Positions 37,691 through 47,001 of a stretch of DNA of 64,000 nt are shown one piece after another. Source of the stretch: Methylophilaceae bacterium (GTDB lineage: Bacteria > Pseudomonadota > Gammaproteobacteria > Burkholderiales > Methylophilaceae); contig DATCJT010000062.1 of NCBI GenBank assembly GCA_036562645.1, forward strand, positions 4,041 through 68,040. Direction: 5' to 3'. A program made the position numbers and the translations under genes. The notes under the pieces were generated by a model. That model was not told the DNA's origin, did no database searches, and was given only the letters and a program-made list of their open reading frames with translations. Each line of letters begins with the position of its first letter. Position 1 is the stretch's first letter.

Positions 37691-39355
37691 ATGGCTCAAT
37701 ATGTAATGTCCATGCTCCGTGTGAGCAAAGTCGTGCCGCCTAAGCGGCAAATCATCAAGGATATCTCGCTGTCCTTCTTTCCGGGTGCCAAGATCGGCCT
37801 GCTGGGCCTGAACGGTGCCGGCAAATCCACCGTGCTGCGCATCATGGCTGGTGTCGATAAGGAATACGAAGGGGAGGTGCAATGGCAGCCCGGCATTTCC
37901 ATCGGTTATTTGCCGCAGGAGCCCCAGCTAGACCCGGAAAAAACCGTGCGTGAGGAAGTAGAGGCGGGGCTGGGTGAAGTGATGGAAGCCAAGAGGAAAC
38001 TGGATGAGATATATGCCGCCTACGCCGAGCCGGACGCGGACTTCGACAGGCTGGCCGAAGAGCAGGCCAAGTACGAAAACATCCTCGCCGCTGCCGGCAG
38101 CGATATCGAGCATCAGCTGGAAGTCGCCGCCGATGCGTTGCGCCTGCCGCCGTGGGACGCCAAAATCGGCCCCCTGTCTGGAGGCGAAAAGCGCCGCGTA
38201 GCATTGTGCAAGCTACTTCTGTCCAAACCCGACATGCTGTTGTTGGACGAACCAACCAATCACCTCGACGCCGAATCGGTCGAATGGCTGGAACAGTTCC
38301 TCGTTCGCTTCCCGGGTACGGTGGTCGCGGTCACGCATGACCGCTACTTTCTGGACAACGCTGCCGAGTGGATCCTTGAGCTGGACCGCGGCGAGGGAAT
38401 TCCATGGAAGGGCAACTATTCCAGTTGGTTGGAACAGAAGGATGCGCGTCTGGCACAGGAGCAGAAACAGATCGATGCTCACATGAAGGCCATGAAGCGC
38501 GAGCTGGAATGGGTGAGGCAGAATCCCAAGGCCAGGCAGGCCAAATCCAAGGCGCGTCTTAGCCGCTATGAGGAAATGAGCTCGGTTGAATATCAGAGGC
38601 GCAATGAAACGCAGGAGATCTTCATTCCTCCGGGTGAACGTCTGGGCGACCAGGTCATCGAGTTCAGAAACGTCAGCAAATCATTCGGCGATCGTCTGCT
38701 GATAGACAATCTCAGCTTCAGTGTGCCTCCCGGTGCCATCGTCGGCATCATCGGCCCCAACGGAGCGGGTAAATCGACGCTGTTCCGCATGATTCAGGGG
38801 AGGGAGCAACCGGATAGCGGCGAGATACTGATCGGTCAGACCGTGAAGATTTCATCGGTCGATCAAAGTAGGGAGGGGCTGGAGAACGATAAGACCGTGT
38901 TCGAAGCGGTATCTGGAGGTGCCGACGTCCTCACGGTCGGTCGTTTCGAAATGTCGTCGCGTGCCTATCTGGGACGCTTCAACTTCAAGGGCGCGGACCA
39001 GGGCAAGATCGTCGGTCAGCTATCCGGTGGCGAGCGCGGCCGCCTCCATCTTGCCAAAACCCTGATTCAGGGCGGCAACGTGTTGCTGCTGGACGAGCCT
39101 TCCAACGACCTCGATGTGGAAACCCTGCGTGCGCTGGAAGATGCGCTGCTCGAGTTCGCCGGCTGCGTCCTGGTCATCTCGCATGATCGTTGGTTCCTGG
39201 ACCGCATCGCCACCCACATCCTGGCTGCCGAGGGTGATTCGCAGTGGACGTTCTTCAACGGAAACTACCAGGAATATGAGGTCGATAAGAGGCAGCGATT
39301 GGGTGAGGAGGGCGCCAAACCCAAGCGCATCCGCTACAAGCCGATATCGCGCTGA
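37691..39355 (+). CDS. ettA: Energy-dependent translational throttle protein EttA (ABC-F ATPase)
   Basis: 554 aa with two cassettes: Walker A GLNGAGKST and GPNGAGKST, and signatures LSGGEKRR and LSGGERGR. The N-terminus MAQYVMSMLRVSKVVPPKRQIIKDISLSF is EttA-like. Confidence 0.93.
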   Translation: MAQYVMSMLRVSKVVPPKRQIIKDISLSFFPGAKIGLLGLNGAGKSTVLRIMAGVDKEYEGEVQWQPGISIGYLPQEPQLDPEKTVREEVEAGLGEVMEAKRKLDEIYAAYAEPDADFDRLAEEQAKYENILAAAGSDIEHQLEVAADALRLPPWDAKIGPLSGGEKRRVALCKLLLSKPDMLLLDEPTNHLDAESVEWLEQFLVRFPGTVVAVTHDRYFLDNAAEWILELDRGEGIPWKGNYSSWLEQKDARLAQEQKQIDAHMKAMKRELEWVRQNPKARQAKSKARLSRYEEMSSVEYQRRNETQEIFIPPGERLGDQVIEFRNVSKSFGDRLLIDNLSFSVPPGAIVGIIGPNGAGKSTLFRMIQGREQPDSGEILIGQTVKISSVDQSREGLENDKTVFEAVSGGADVLTVGRFEMSSRAYLGRFNFKGADQGKIVGQLSGGERGRLHLAKTLIQGGNVLLLDEPSNDLDVETLRALEDALLEFAGCVLVISHDRWFLDRIATHILAAEGDSQWTFFNGNYQEYEVDKRQRLGEEGAKPKRIRYKPISR

Positions 39356-39360
39356 CAGCA

Positions 39361-39387
39361 AGGCCGGTCTGCATGACCGGCCTTTTG
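39361..39387. terminator. Hairpin between convergent ettA and DUF488 gene
   Basis: AGGCCGGTC-TGCAT-GACCGGCCT followed by TTTTGG. Confidence 0.6.
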
Positions 39388-39396
39388 GTATCTGCA

Positions 39397-39744
39397 TCAC
39401 GCGCTTTCAATGGCTTGCCGCAGAATCACGGCATGATTGAAACTCTGGCTTTTGGCTGCGTGGAGCAGCACCAGCCTGCGGTGTCGGGCGATTTCCTGCA
39501 GGCGTCGCAATTCCTGATTCCGTGATTCCAGTTCTGCCAAATAGCGGACGCGGAACGCTTCCCATTTTTCTGCCTCATGGTTGAACCATCTGCGCAGTTC
39601 ATTGCTGGGTGCGACATCCTTGTTCCATTCATCCAGCTTCAACGTGGCCTTGCTGACACCGCGCGGCCAAAGGCGGTCAACCAGCACGACATAATCACCG
39701 GGCTCCGGAAGAAAATGGTAAGGGCGTTGCAGGATGATATTCAT
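39397..39744 (-). CDS. DUF488 (YeaO-like) family protein
   Basis: The conserved DUF488 core starts at the ATG at 39744: MNIILQRPYHFLPEPGDYVVLVDRLWPRGVSKATLKLDEWNKDVAPSNELRRWFNHE. The track ORF extends in frame to a TTG at 40089, but that extension has no recognisable homology (see findings). Confidence 0.75.
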   Translation of the reverse strand: MNIILQRPYHFLPEPGDYVVLVDRLWPRGVSKATLKLDEWNKDVAPSNELRRWFNHEAEKWEAFRVRYLAELESRNQELRRLQEIARHRRLVLLHAAKSQSFNHAVILRQAIESA

Positions 39745-39978
39745 GCTTTGCTTCCAAACATATAGTCGCCCTTTATTATGGGGCCCCACAGGAGAGGCGC
39801 GTTTTGCCCAATCACTGGAACAGTCCCTCGTATAGCGATAGCCCAGGCGCAGCATGCAGTGTTCACATACCGCCTGCAGCCGGTAGTAGGCCGCGCTTTC
39901 CGACTCTCCCGGGAGGATTGCCTTTTCGAATTCGGGTCTGATAATTCCGTTTTCAAAAACGCCGCCTGCCCGGCAATT

Positions 39979-40008
39979 GAAAAAAGCTGCTGCATCGAAG
40001 ATGCGGCG
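39979..40008 (-). terminator. Terminator-like hairpin about 150 nt downstream of hemW
   Basis: The minus strand reads GCCGCATC-TTC-GATGCAGC (7 of 8 pairs), then AGCTTTTTTC. Confidence 0.4.
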
Positions 40009-40155
40009 ATTTCTCCTGAGATTGCTGCATGTTGAAGCTGGATACTGAGGAATTGCTAACCCAGCCGGAAATGCTAAATTCAGCAGCAATCAGATTTGGA
40101 TTGGGTGCAGCGGAAAAGGAATTTCTCGTATTGAATGTTAGGACAACCTCCCGCT

Positions 40156-41358
40156 CTAGGGCAGAAAGAGTTGGAGCAATTCGTTCAGGAAACGCTGACC
40201 CAACCGGGTCGGTCTGACCGTGCCGTTCTCGATGGTGATCAGCCCCTTGTCCCTTGACTCCTTCAGTGACGGCTCGATGCTGCTGACCGGTAAGCCGGTG
40301 CGTAGCGGGAAGAGGTCGAGAGCGAATCCCTCGGTGAGGCGGAGGGCATTCATCATGAATTCGAAACCAAGCTCGTCACGATGGATGGTCCAGGTGCTGT
40401 CAACGGCTCCGCCCTGGCTTGCGCCTTGAAGGTATCGCTTCGGATGCTTGTGGCGTGTCTCGCGCGTGATCCTGTCGTGATAACTCAGCTTGCTGTGGGC
40501 GCCGGCGCCGATGCCGAGATAGTCGCCGAAGGTCCAGTAGTTCAGGTTGTGGCGCGCGCGCTGGCCTTTTTGCGCAAAGGCGGAGGTCTCATAGTGCTGG
40601 TAACCGTGCGCGGCCAGCATCTCTTCGATGGCGTCCTGCATGGCGGTGCTGGTGTCGTCATCCGGCAGGCTGGGTGGCGTGCGATGGAACGGGGTGTTCG
40701 GTTCCAGTGTCAGGTGGTAGAAGGAAAGGTGCCCTGGCTGCAGCCGACAGGCCTGCTCGGCATCTGCCAATGCATCCTCCAGGCTCTGCAGCGGCAGGCC
40801 ATACATGATATCCAGATTGACCTTCTCAAAGGTAGCGAGCGCTGACTCCGCAGCTTGTCTGGCCTGCTTTGCATCGTGAATACGGCCGATGGCGGCAAGA
40901 TAGTGGTCATTGAAGCTCTGGATGCCGAGAGACAGCCGGTTGACGCCAGCAGCGCGATATCCGGCGAAATGGACGGTATCGACTGTGCCCGGATTGGCTT
41001 CCAGCGTGATTTCGGCCTCGTATTCCAGCGGCGTCAGCATGCGCACGTGGCTGAGTATCCGGTCGATGGACTCGGGGGAGAACAGGCTGGGCGTGCCTCC
41101 ACCGAAGAAAACACTGCGGATTTTGCGCCCCCAGACCCTGGATACGGATTGCTCAAGATCGGCTATCAGGGCATCGACATAGGCCTGTTCGGGGATTTTC
41201 CCCTTGGACTCATGCGAGTTGAAATCACAGTAAGGACACTTCCGTACACACCAGGGGATGTGGATGTAAAGCGAGAGTGGCGGCGGGTTCTTCAGGCCGG
41301 AAACCATCGCCGGACCGGAAAGCGGCGTTGCGTCACTTACCGGGATGATGGGAATCAT
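40156..41358 (-). CDS. hemW: Radical SAM heme chaperone HemW (coproporphyrinogen III oxidase-like, YggW)
   Basis: 400 aa with the radical-SAM cluster motif LYIHIPWCVRKCPYCDFNS and an HemN_C-like C-terminus. Confidence 0.9.
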   Translation of the reverse strand: MIPIIPVSDATPLSGPAMVSGLKNPPPLSLYIHIPWCVRKCPYCDFNSHESKGKIPEQAYVDALIADLEQSVSRVWGRKIRSVFFGGGTPSLFSPESIDRILSHVRMLTPLEYEAEITLEANPGTVDTVHFAGYRAAGVNRLSLGIQSFNDHYLAAIGRIHDAKQARQAAESALATFEKVNLDIMYGLPLQSLEDALADAEQACRLQPGHLSFYHLTLEPNTPFHRTPPSLPDDDTSTAMQDAIEEMLAAHGYQHYETSAFAQKGQRARHNLNYWTFGDYLGIGAGAHSKLSYHDRITRETRHKHPKRYLQGASQGGAVDSTWTIHRDELGFEFMMNALRLTEGFALDLFPLRTGLPVSSIEPSLKESRDKGLITIENGTVRPTRLGQRFLNELLQLFLP

Positions 41359-41579
41359 GGTTTGCGGTACGGATTGATCAGACTGTCGATGAGGCTGTGC
41401 ATGGCCGCACGCAGCTGCGCCTCGGAGATTTCCATCAGCAGGCCGTCTTCCAGCGCGTCCTGGGCCATTTGCCTCAGTTCATCGAGGTTCTCCTTCATGA
41501 CCTTGATCTTTTCGGTGCACGATACGATGGAGCCGTCGTCGCGTTGCCATATCGGCCACGGGTTTTCCGGGGAGTTCAT
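41355..41579 (-). CDS. Hypothetical 74-aa protein, translationally coupled between rdgB and hemW
   Basis: Its ATG overlaps the rdgB TGA (ATGA at 41576-41579), and its TGA overlaps the hemW ATG (ATGA at 41355-41358). Codon choice looks native. I recognise no family. Confidence 0.6.
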   Translation of the reverse strand: MNSPENPWPIWQRDDGSIVSCTEKIKVMKENLDELRQMAQDALEDGLLMEISEAQLRAAMHSLIDSLINPYRKP

Positions 41580-42172
41580 GTATTCAGCTTTTCTATCAGT
41601 TGCATCATGTCACGCAGTGCCTGACCGCGATGGCTGATGCGGTTCTTGATGTCCAGCGGTAGTTCGGCACCGGTCCTGCCGATGGTTGGGTCAAGGAACA
41701 GCGGGTCATAGCCGAAGCCGCCATCACCGCGTGGGGTGGTAAGTATCTCGCCGCGCCAGATACCCTGCGCGATCAACGGTTGCGGATCTTCTGGCGTGCG
41801 CACCAGCACCATGGCGCAGTAATAGTGCGCGCGCCGGTTCTGCACTCCGTCCAGGGCCTGCAGCAGCTTTTCGTTATTGCGGGCGTCGGACCTCGGTTCG
41901 CCGCCGAAGCGCGCGGAATGGACGCCGGGTGCTCCCTGCAGGGCATCGACGCAGATACCGGAATCGTCGGCGAGCGCCGGCAGGCCGCTGTGCAGGCTGG
42001 TGTGTCTGGCTTTCGCCAGCGCATTTTCGATGAACGTGAGATACGGTTCATCTGCTTCCGGCACATCAAAGTCGGATTGCGGCAGTACCTCGATGGACAG
42101 CGGCTCCAACAGTTGCCGGATTTCGCGCAGCTTGCCGGCATTGCCGGTGGCGATGACGAGCTTATTCAGCAC
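41576..42172 (-). CDS. rdgB: Non-canonical purine NTP pyrophosphatase RdgB (Ham1 family)
   Basis: 198 aa with [14 protein letters not shown] and FGYDPLF motifs. It has a GTG start overlapping the rph 3' end. Confidence 0.92.
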   Translation of the reverse strand: MLNKLVIATGNAGKLREIRQLLEPLSIEVLPQSDFDVPEADEPYLTFIENALAKARHTSLHSGLPALADDSGICVDALQGAPGVHSARFGGEPRSDARNNEKLLQALDGVQNRRAHYYCAMVLVRTPEDPQPLIAQGIWRGEILTTPRGDGGFGYDPLFLDPTIGRTGAELPLDIKNRISHRGQALRDMMQLIEKLNT

Positions 42173-42890
42173 GGAGCACCATCTGCTGGATGCGGGTCAG
42201 CTCGGCGATACCGGCTGCCGCGAGATCGAGCATGGTGTTGACCGTCTCGCGCCGGAACGGCTCGCCTTCGGCGGTCCCCTGTATTTCGACGTAGCCACCG
42301 CTGCCGGTCATGACGACATTCATGTCGGTGTCGCAACCCGAGTCCTCGATGTAATCGAGGTCCAGTACGGGCTGCCCTTGATAGATGCCGACCGACACTG
42401 CGGCGACGGAATCGCGCAAGGGGGATGTCTCGATCAAACCGGCGCGCAGCAGATGGGAAACGGCATCATGCAGGGCGACATAGGCGCCGGTGATGGCGGC
42501 GGTACGGGTGCCACCATCGGCCTGAATGACGTCGCAGTCGAGCTGGATGGTGCGCTCACCGAGCTTCTCCAGATCGATGATGGCACGCAGGCTGCGGCCG
42601 ATGAGGCGTTGGATTTCCTGCGTGCGCCCGGATTGCTTGCCGCGCGCTGCCTCGCGTTCCATGCGGCTGCCGGTGGAACGCGGCAGCATGCCGTATTCTG
42701 CCGTGACCCAGCCCTGGTTCTTGCCGCGCAGAAATGGCGGCACCTTTTCATCGACACTGGCGGTGCACAGCACATGGGTGTCGCCGAATTTCACCAGCAC
42801 AGAGCCTTCGGCATGCTTGGTGTATCGACGGATGATCTCGACCGGACGCAATTCGTCGTGTGCGCGGTGACTTGGGCGATGACTGGACAT
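42162..42890 (-). CDS. rph: Ribonuclease PH
   Basis: The start is taken at [46 protein letters not shown] (ATG at 42890). RNase PH-like throughout. Confidence 0.94.
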   Translation of the reverse strand: MSSHRPSHRAHDELRPVEIIRRYTKHAEGSVLVKFGDTHVLCTASVDEKVPPFLRGKNQGWVTAEYGMLPRSTGSRMEREAARGKQSGRTQEIQRLIGRSLRAIIDLEKLGERTIQLDCDVIQADGGTRTAAITGAYVALHDAVSHLLRAGLIETSPLRDSVAAVSVGIYQGQPVLDLDYIEDSGCDTDMNVVMTGSGGYVEIQGTAEGEPFRRETVNTMLDLAAAGIAELTRIQQMVLRAE

Positions 42891-42977
42891 AAGCCTGTTC
42901 CGATTTAGTGTGAATCCGAAATTATAAGCCAACAGCCGCTGGTGCCATGTAACCGGACAGTTTTTGCGTTCATGCGT

Positions 42978-43910
42978 TCAACCGGGCCGGTATCGCGACT
43001 TGCTGATGGCGGACTGGATTTCGAGTATGGTTCTTTCGATCTCCTCGTCACTCAGGTCGAAAAGCGAAGCATCGTCCGCTACGGCATTGGGGTTCTGCGT
43101 GACCGGGTTGATGATGGTGGTCGTGATGCCAAGCGGCATGGTGGCAGTGGAAACGGCGAGCGGGTGGTTTTGCGGCGCGCCCCATTGCAGACCGATGGCG
43201 CTCATGTTGTCGCCGCGTTCGCCGCTGACGGTCTCGGCGAGATCAAGCAGCTTGGGAACGCTGTCGAGGATATTGCCGGCATGCAGCAGCTTGCCGATAT
43301 CGTGGTCATTGATTGCCGACCAGACGCCATCGGTGCAGAGCAGGATCACATCGCCATCGACCAGTTGGCGCGGACCGGACAGCGTGATCTCGGGAGTCTT
43401 GTCGCCGCCTAGGCAGTTATAGATCTTGTGTAGGTCGGGGTGGGTCGCCATGTCCTCGAAGCGAAGCTGCCCTCTGCGATAGAGCATCTGCACGACAGAA
43501 TGGTCCTCGGTGCGGAAGATCAGCTGGCCGTTGCGGAAATGGTACAGTCTGGAATCACCGACATGAGCGACATATAGCTGGTTGTCCTGCAGTACGGCGG
43601 CAACGATGGTGGTGCGCGGGGAATCACTGAGATCGTTGCCCAGAGTCAGGCTGTCGATGGCATCGTGCACTTGCAGGATGTGTTCCTCGAGGAACTTGGC
43701 CGGATTCGGCAAAGTGGGGATGGCCAGGTTCTGGAAGCCGTCGGTAAGAGATTTTACCGCGAGCTGGGCCGCGACTTCGCCATGACGATGGCCGCCCATG
43801 CCGTCGGCTACGACCAGGAGCAGGGCGTCCTTGCTGTAGGAATAGGCCAGGCGGTCTTCATTGTATGGACGCGGACCCTGTCGGCTGTTCTGATAGATGG
43901 TGAATTTCAT
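42978..43910 (-). CDS. PP2C-family Ser/Thr protein phosphatase
   Basis: 310 aa with NEDRLAY, VVADGMGGH, LCTDGVW and GDNMSAI metal-binding motifs. A tail of about 70 aa has no recognisable family. Confidence 0.88.
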   Translation of the reverse strand: MKFTIYQNSRQGPRPYNEDRLAYSYSKDALLLVVADGMGGHRHGEVAAQLAVKSLTDGFQNLAIPTLPNPAKFLEEHILQVHDAIDSLTLGNDLSDSPRTTIVAAVLQDNQLYVAHVGDSRLYHFRNGQLIFRTEDHSVVQMLYRRGQLRFEDMATHPDLHKIYNCLGGDKTPEITLSGPRQLVDGDVILLCTDGVWSAINDHDIGKLLHAGNILDSVPKLLDLAETVSGERGDNMSAIGLQWGAPQNHPLAVSTATMPLGITTTIINPVTQNPNAVADDASLFDLSDEEIERTILEIQSAISKSRYRPG

Positions 43911-43928
43911 CGTCGCAAGTCCCTGCGG

Positions 43929-44876
43929 CTAGATTTCTTTCTGCAGGATGTCGATGATCCTGTGCATGATGCCCTTTTTCTCCTGCTCCGTTGCTGCGGG
44001 CGGCAGATCATGCTGCAGCGATTTCTGCAGGGCATAGATGCTTTGCGGGCGCTTCAGATGGTCCAGCATCATGCAGTTGTCGATGATCTTGAGCAGGTTG
44101 TCCGAATAAATGTCCTTGCCCAGTTTCACGGCCGGTACCAGCGTGTCGTTCTTCAGCCGTTCATTGGCGGCGAGCGGCGTCGAGCGGGTCAGGCAGGAAT
44201 ACATGGTCGCGCCTATGCTGTAGATGTCGCTCCATGGGCCGAGCAGCTTGCGATCGACATACTGTTCCGGCGAGGCGAACCCAGGCGTGTAGCTGGGTGG
44301 TAGCTTGGCGATGGAGTCGGTCAGGGTCTGCCGGGCCGAACCGAAATCCAGCAGTACCGGCGAGCCATCGAGGCGGATATAGATGTTGGCCGGCTTGATG
44401 TCGAGATGCAGCAGCTTCTGCGCATGCACTTCACGCAGACCGTTCAGCAGTTCGGTGAACACGCGGCGCACGAAATTTTCCGATACCGGCTCGTGATTGC
44501 TCAGGATGTATTCCTGCAATGACTTGCCGCGCTCGTACTGCATGACCATGTAGACGGTATCGTTGGCGCGGAAGAAATTCACGACGCGGACGATGTTCTT
44601 GTGATTGATGTTAGCCAGTGCGCGGCCTTCCTCGAAAAAGCACTTGAGACCGTGACGGAAGCTGCCGGAAGCCTCCGTCGTGGGCACGACGACCTTGTCG
44701 CCCTCGGTGCGCAGTGCCAGCGCGCTGGGCAGATATTCCTTGATCGCGACCGTGCTGCCGTTTTCGTCGGTGGCGAGATAAACGTAACTGAAACCACCCG
44801 CACTCAGGACTTTCCTGATCTTGTACTGCTGCAGCTGATAGCCGACAGGCAGGGAGCGGTTGGTGGAGTTTGGCAT
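43929..44876 (-). CDS. Hanks-type Ser/Thr protein kinase (soluble, kinase domain only)
   Basis: 315 aa. It has a Gly-rich loop LSAGGFSYVY, VAIKEY (catalytic Lys), the catalytic loop HLDIKPANI, DFG, and SPE in place of APE. No TM segment or sensor domain is visible. Confidence 0.88.
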   Translation of the reverse strand: MPNSTNRSLPVGYQLQQYKIRKVLSAGGFSYVYLATDENGSTVAIKEYLPSALALRTEGDKVVVPTTEASGSFRHGLKCFFEEGRALANINHKNIVRVVNFFRANDTVYMVMQYERGKSLQEYILSNHEPVSENFVRRVFTELLNGLREVHAQKLLHLDIKPANIYIRLDGSPVLLDFGSARQTLTDSIAKLPPSYTPGFASPEQYVDRKLLGPWSDIYSIGATMYSCLTRSTPLAANERLKNDTLVPAVKLGKDIYSDNLLKIIDNCMMLDHLKRPQSIYALQKSLQHDLPPAATEQEKKGIMHRIIDILQKEI

Positions 44877-44986
44877 ACGGTCCGATGGTATGAGCGGTTT
44901 GCTTTTGCAAAACGAGTTGCGGGCTATTTTGGCATGAAATCGCGGGGATTTGATACCATACGGGATATTCAGTCAGGAAGTGGCCA

Positions 44987-45853
44987 ATGATTTACAGCAT
45001 GACAGGGTACGCCGCCCTGGAGAGAGAAACGGCGCTGGGCATTCTGGTATTGGAGTTGCGCTCTGTGAACCACCGTTATCTGGAGCTGCAGCTCAAGCTG
45101 GATGAGAGTCTGCGCAGTTTCGAGCCTACCATGCGGGAGCGCATCGCAACCAGGCTGGGACGCGGCAAGGTGGAATGTCGCCTGAGCCTGATGCAGCGTG
45201 CGGCGCAGAACGCCGGTGCACAGCTCGATACGTCGGTTCTGGAAGAGCTGGCGCAGATGAGTGAGGTGGTAAGGCAGTATTTCCCGCAAAGCCAGCCGCT
45301 GACGGTTGCGGAAATTCTGCGCTGGCCCAATGTCATCACAAGCGAACGCCTGGATCAGGAAGCGCTGACGGGCGAAGTCCACGCAATACTCGATCAGGCA
45401 CTGGAGCAAATGCTGGATTCGCGCGCGCGCGAGGGAGAGAAGCTGAAGGCTGTGATCGAGGAACGCCTGCGCGAGATCGAGGTGCAGGTGGCAGAGGTCA
45501 GGCCCTTGTTGCCGGCGCAGGTCAAGACATATCAGGAAAGGCTGGCGGCAAGGCTGCAGGAGGCCATGCAGAGCTATGACGAGGAGCGGCTGCGTCAGGA
45601 GGTGACGCTGTTCGCACAGCGCATCGATGTCGATGAGGAACTGGAACGGCTGATGGCGCATGTGTCCGAGGTGCGCCGCATCCTGCAGGCCGGCGGCATG
45701 GTCGGCAAGCGGCTCGATTTTCTCATGCAGGAACTCAACCGCGAAGCCAATACGCTGGGTTCCAAATCCTTCTCCACCGAGATTTCGCAGGTGGCGATGG
45801 CGCTGAAAGTGCTGATTGAACAAATGCGCGAGCAGATTCAGAATATCGAGTAA
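44987..45853 (+). CDS. yicC: YicC family protein (stress-induced; endoribonuclease family)
   Basis: 288 aa. The N-terminus MIYSMTGYA, SVNHRYLE, and the C-terminus DFLMQELNREANTLGSKS are YicC hallmarks. Confidence 0.9.
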   Translation: MIYSMTGYAALERETALGILVLELRSVNHRYLELQLKLDESLRSFEPTMRERIATRLGRGKVECRLSLMQRAAQNAGAQLDTSVLEELAQMSEVVRQYFPQSQPLTVAEILRWPNVITSERLDQEALTGEVHAILDQALEQMLDSRAREGEKLKAVIEERLREIEVQVAEVRPLLPAQVKTYQERLAARLQEAMQSYDEERLRQEVTLFAQRIDVDEELERLMAHVSEVRRILQAGGMVGKRLDFLMQELNREANTLGSKSFSTEISQVAMALKVLIEQMREQIQNIE

Positions 45854-45927
45854 TACCCTTCCACTGACGCCGCAGCATCAGTTTTCTGCCAGAACGTCCT
45901 TACTTTAGACTTTAAAGAACACGTCCT

Positions 45928-47001
45928 ATGCGCGATTTCAAATACTCCATTCTGGTCACCATCGTCGGTCTGCTACTTGCCGGCTGGTGGGGCTTTCACA
46001 CCACGGGAACGATGTCCGGCGTCTGGGCGGCGCTGGTGCTGGCATTGATACTGAGCGTCATGGAAGTCAGTCTGTCGTTCGACAATGCCGTGGTCAACGC
46101 ATCCATCCTGAAAGACATGGATGAGAAATGGCGGCGGCTGTTTCTGACCGTCGGCATCCTCATCGCGGTGTTCGGCGTGCGTTTGATCTTTCCGCTGCTG
46201 CTGGTGGCGGTGGCGACCAGTCAGGGTTTCATGGAAGTTGCCGACATGGCGCTGACGCGGCCTGCCGAATATTCCGAGCATCTGATGGAAGGCCATGCCG
46301 CGATTGCATCGTTCGGCGGCACTTTTCTGTTTCTCGTCTTCCTCAGTTTCATTCTGAATGACGGCAAGGAGCTGCATTGGTTGGGCAAGTTCGAGGAACA
46401 GGTATCCAAACTCGGCAAGCTCGATTCCATGGGCATCTTCATTGCGCTGACGGTGCTGTTGCTGATGTATCAGTTCCTGCCCGTGCCGCCGGAGAAGCAA
46501 GTCACGATACTGGTGTCCGGGGTGGCAGGTGTCGTCCTTTATGTCGCAGTCGATAGTCTGGGCAGCTTCTTCAGCTCCAAGGCCGATGCGGCTGCAGTGA
46601 CAGGCGCTGCCAAGCGCAGCGGCGTGATGGGCTTTCTGTATCTGGAAATCCTCGATGCCTCGTTTTCGTTCGACGGCGTCATCGGCGCGTTTGCCATCAC
46701 GCGCGATGTCGTCATCATACTGCTCGGGCTGACCATAGGCGCCATGTTCGTGCGTTCGCTCACGGTACACTTCGTCTATCGGGGCACGCTGCAGAAATAC
46801 GTCTATCTCGAGCACGGCGCGCATTACGCCATCGGCATTCTGGGGCTCATCATGTTCTATTCGATCTATGAGCATGTGCCGGAAGTGCTGACCGGATTCA
46901 TCGGTGTTGTGTTCATCGTCGCTTCGCTGATCTCATCCATTGCCTACAAGCGCAGGGTCGATGCCCAGCACATCGCGAAAAAAATGGAGTCGTCCGTATG
47001 A
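45928..47001 (+). CDS. DUF475 integral membrane protein (TerC-related)
   Basis: 357-aa polytopic protein with repeated SLSFDNAVVNA / DASFSFDGVIGAFA motifs typical of DUF475. Confidence 0.75.
   Translation: MRDFKYSILVTIVGLLLAGWWGFHTTGTMSGVWAALVLALILSVMEVSLSFDNAVVNASILKDMDEKWRRLFLTVGILIAVFGVRLIFPLLLVAVATSQGFMEVADMALTRPAEYSEHLMEGHAAIASFGGTFLFLVFLSFILNDGKELHWLGKFEEQVSKLGKLDSMGIFIALTVLLLMYQFLPVPPEKQVTILVSGVAGVVLYVAVDSLGSFFSSKADAAAVTGAAKRSGVMGFLYLEILDASFSFDGVIGAFAITRDVVIILLGLTIGAMFVRSLTVHFVYRGTLQKYVYLEHGAHYAIGILGLIMFYSIYEHVPEVLTGFIGVVFIVASLISSIAYKRRVDAQHIAKKMESSV

Noticed and set aside
39745-40089. Calling the full 230-aa ORF as an extended DUF488 protein
   Set aside because: The extension begins with TTG, has mixed third-position composition and no recognisable homology. 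DUF488 proteins are typically about 115-125 aa. The region is kept as a finding instead of a feature.
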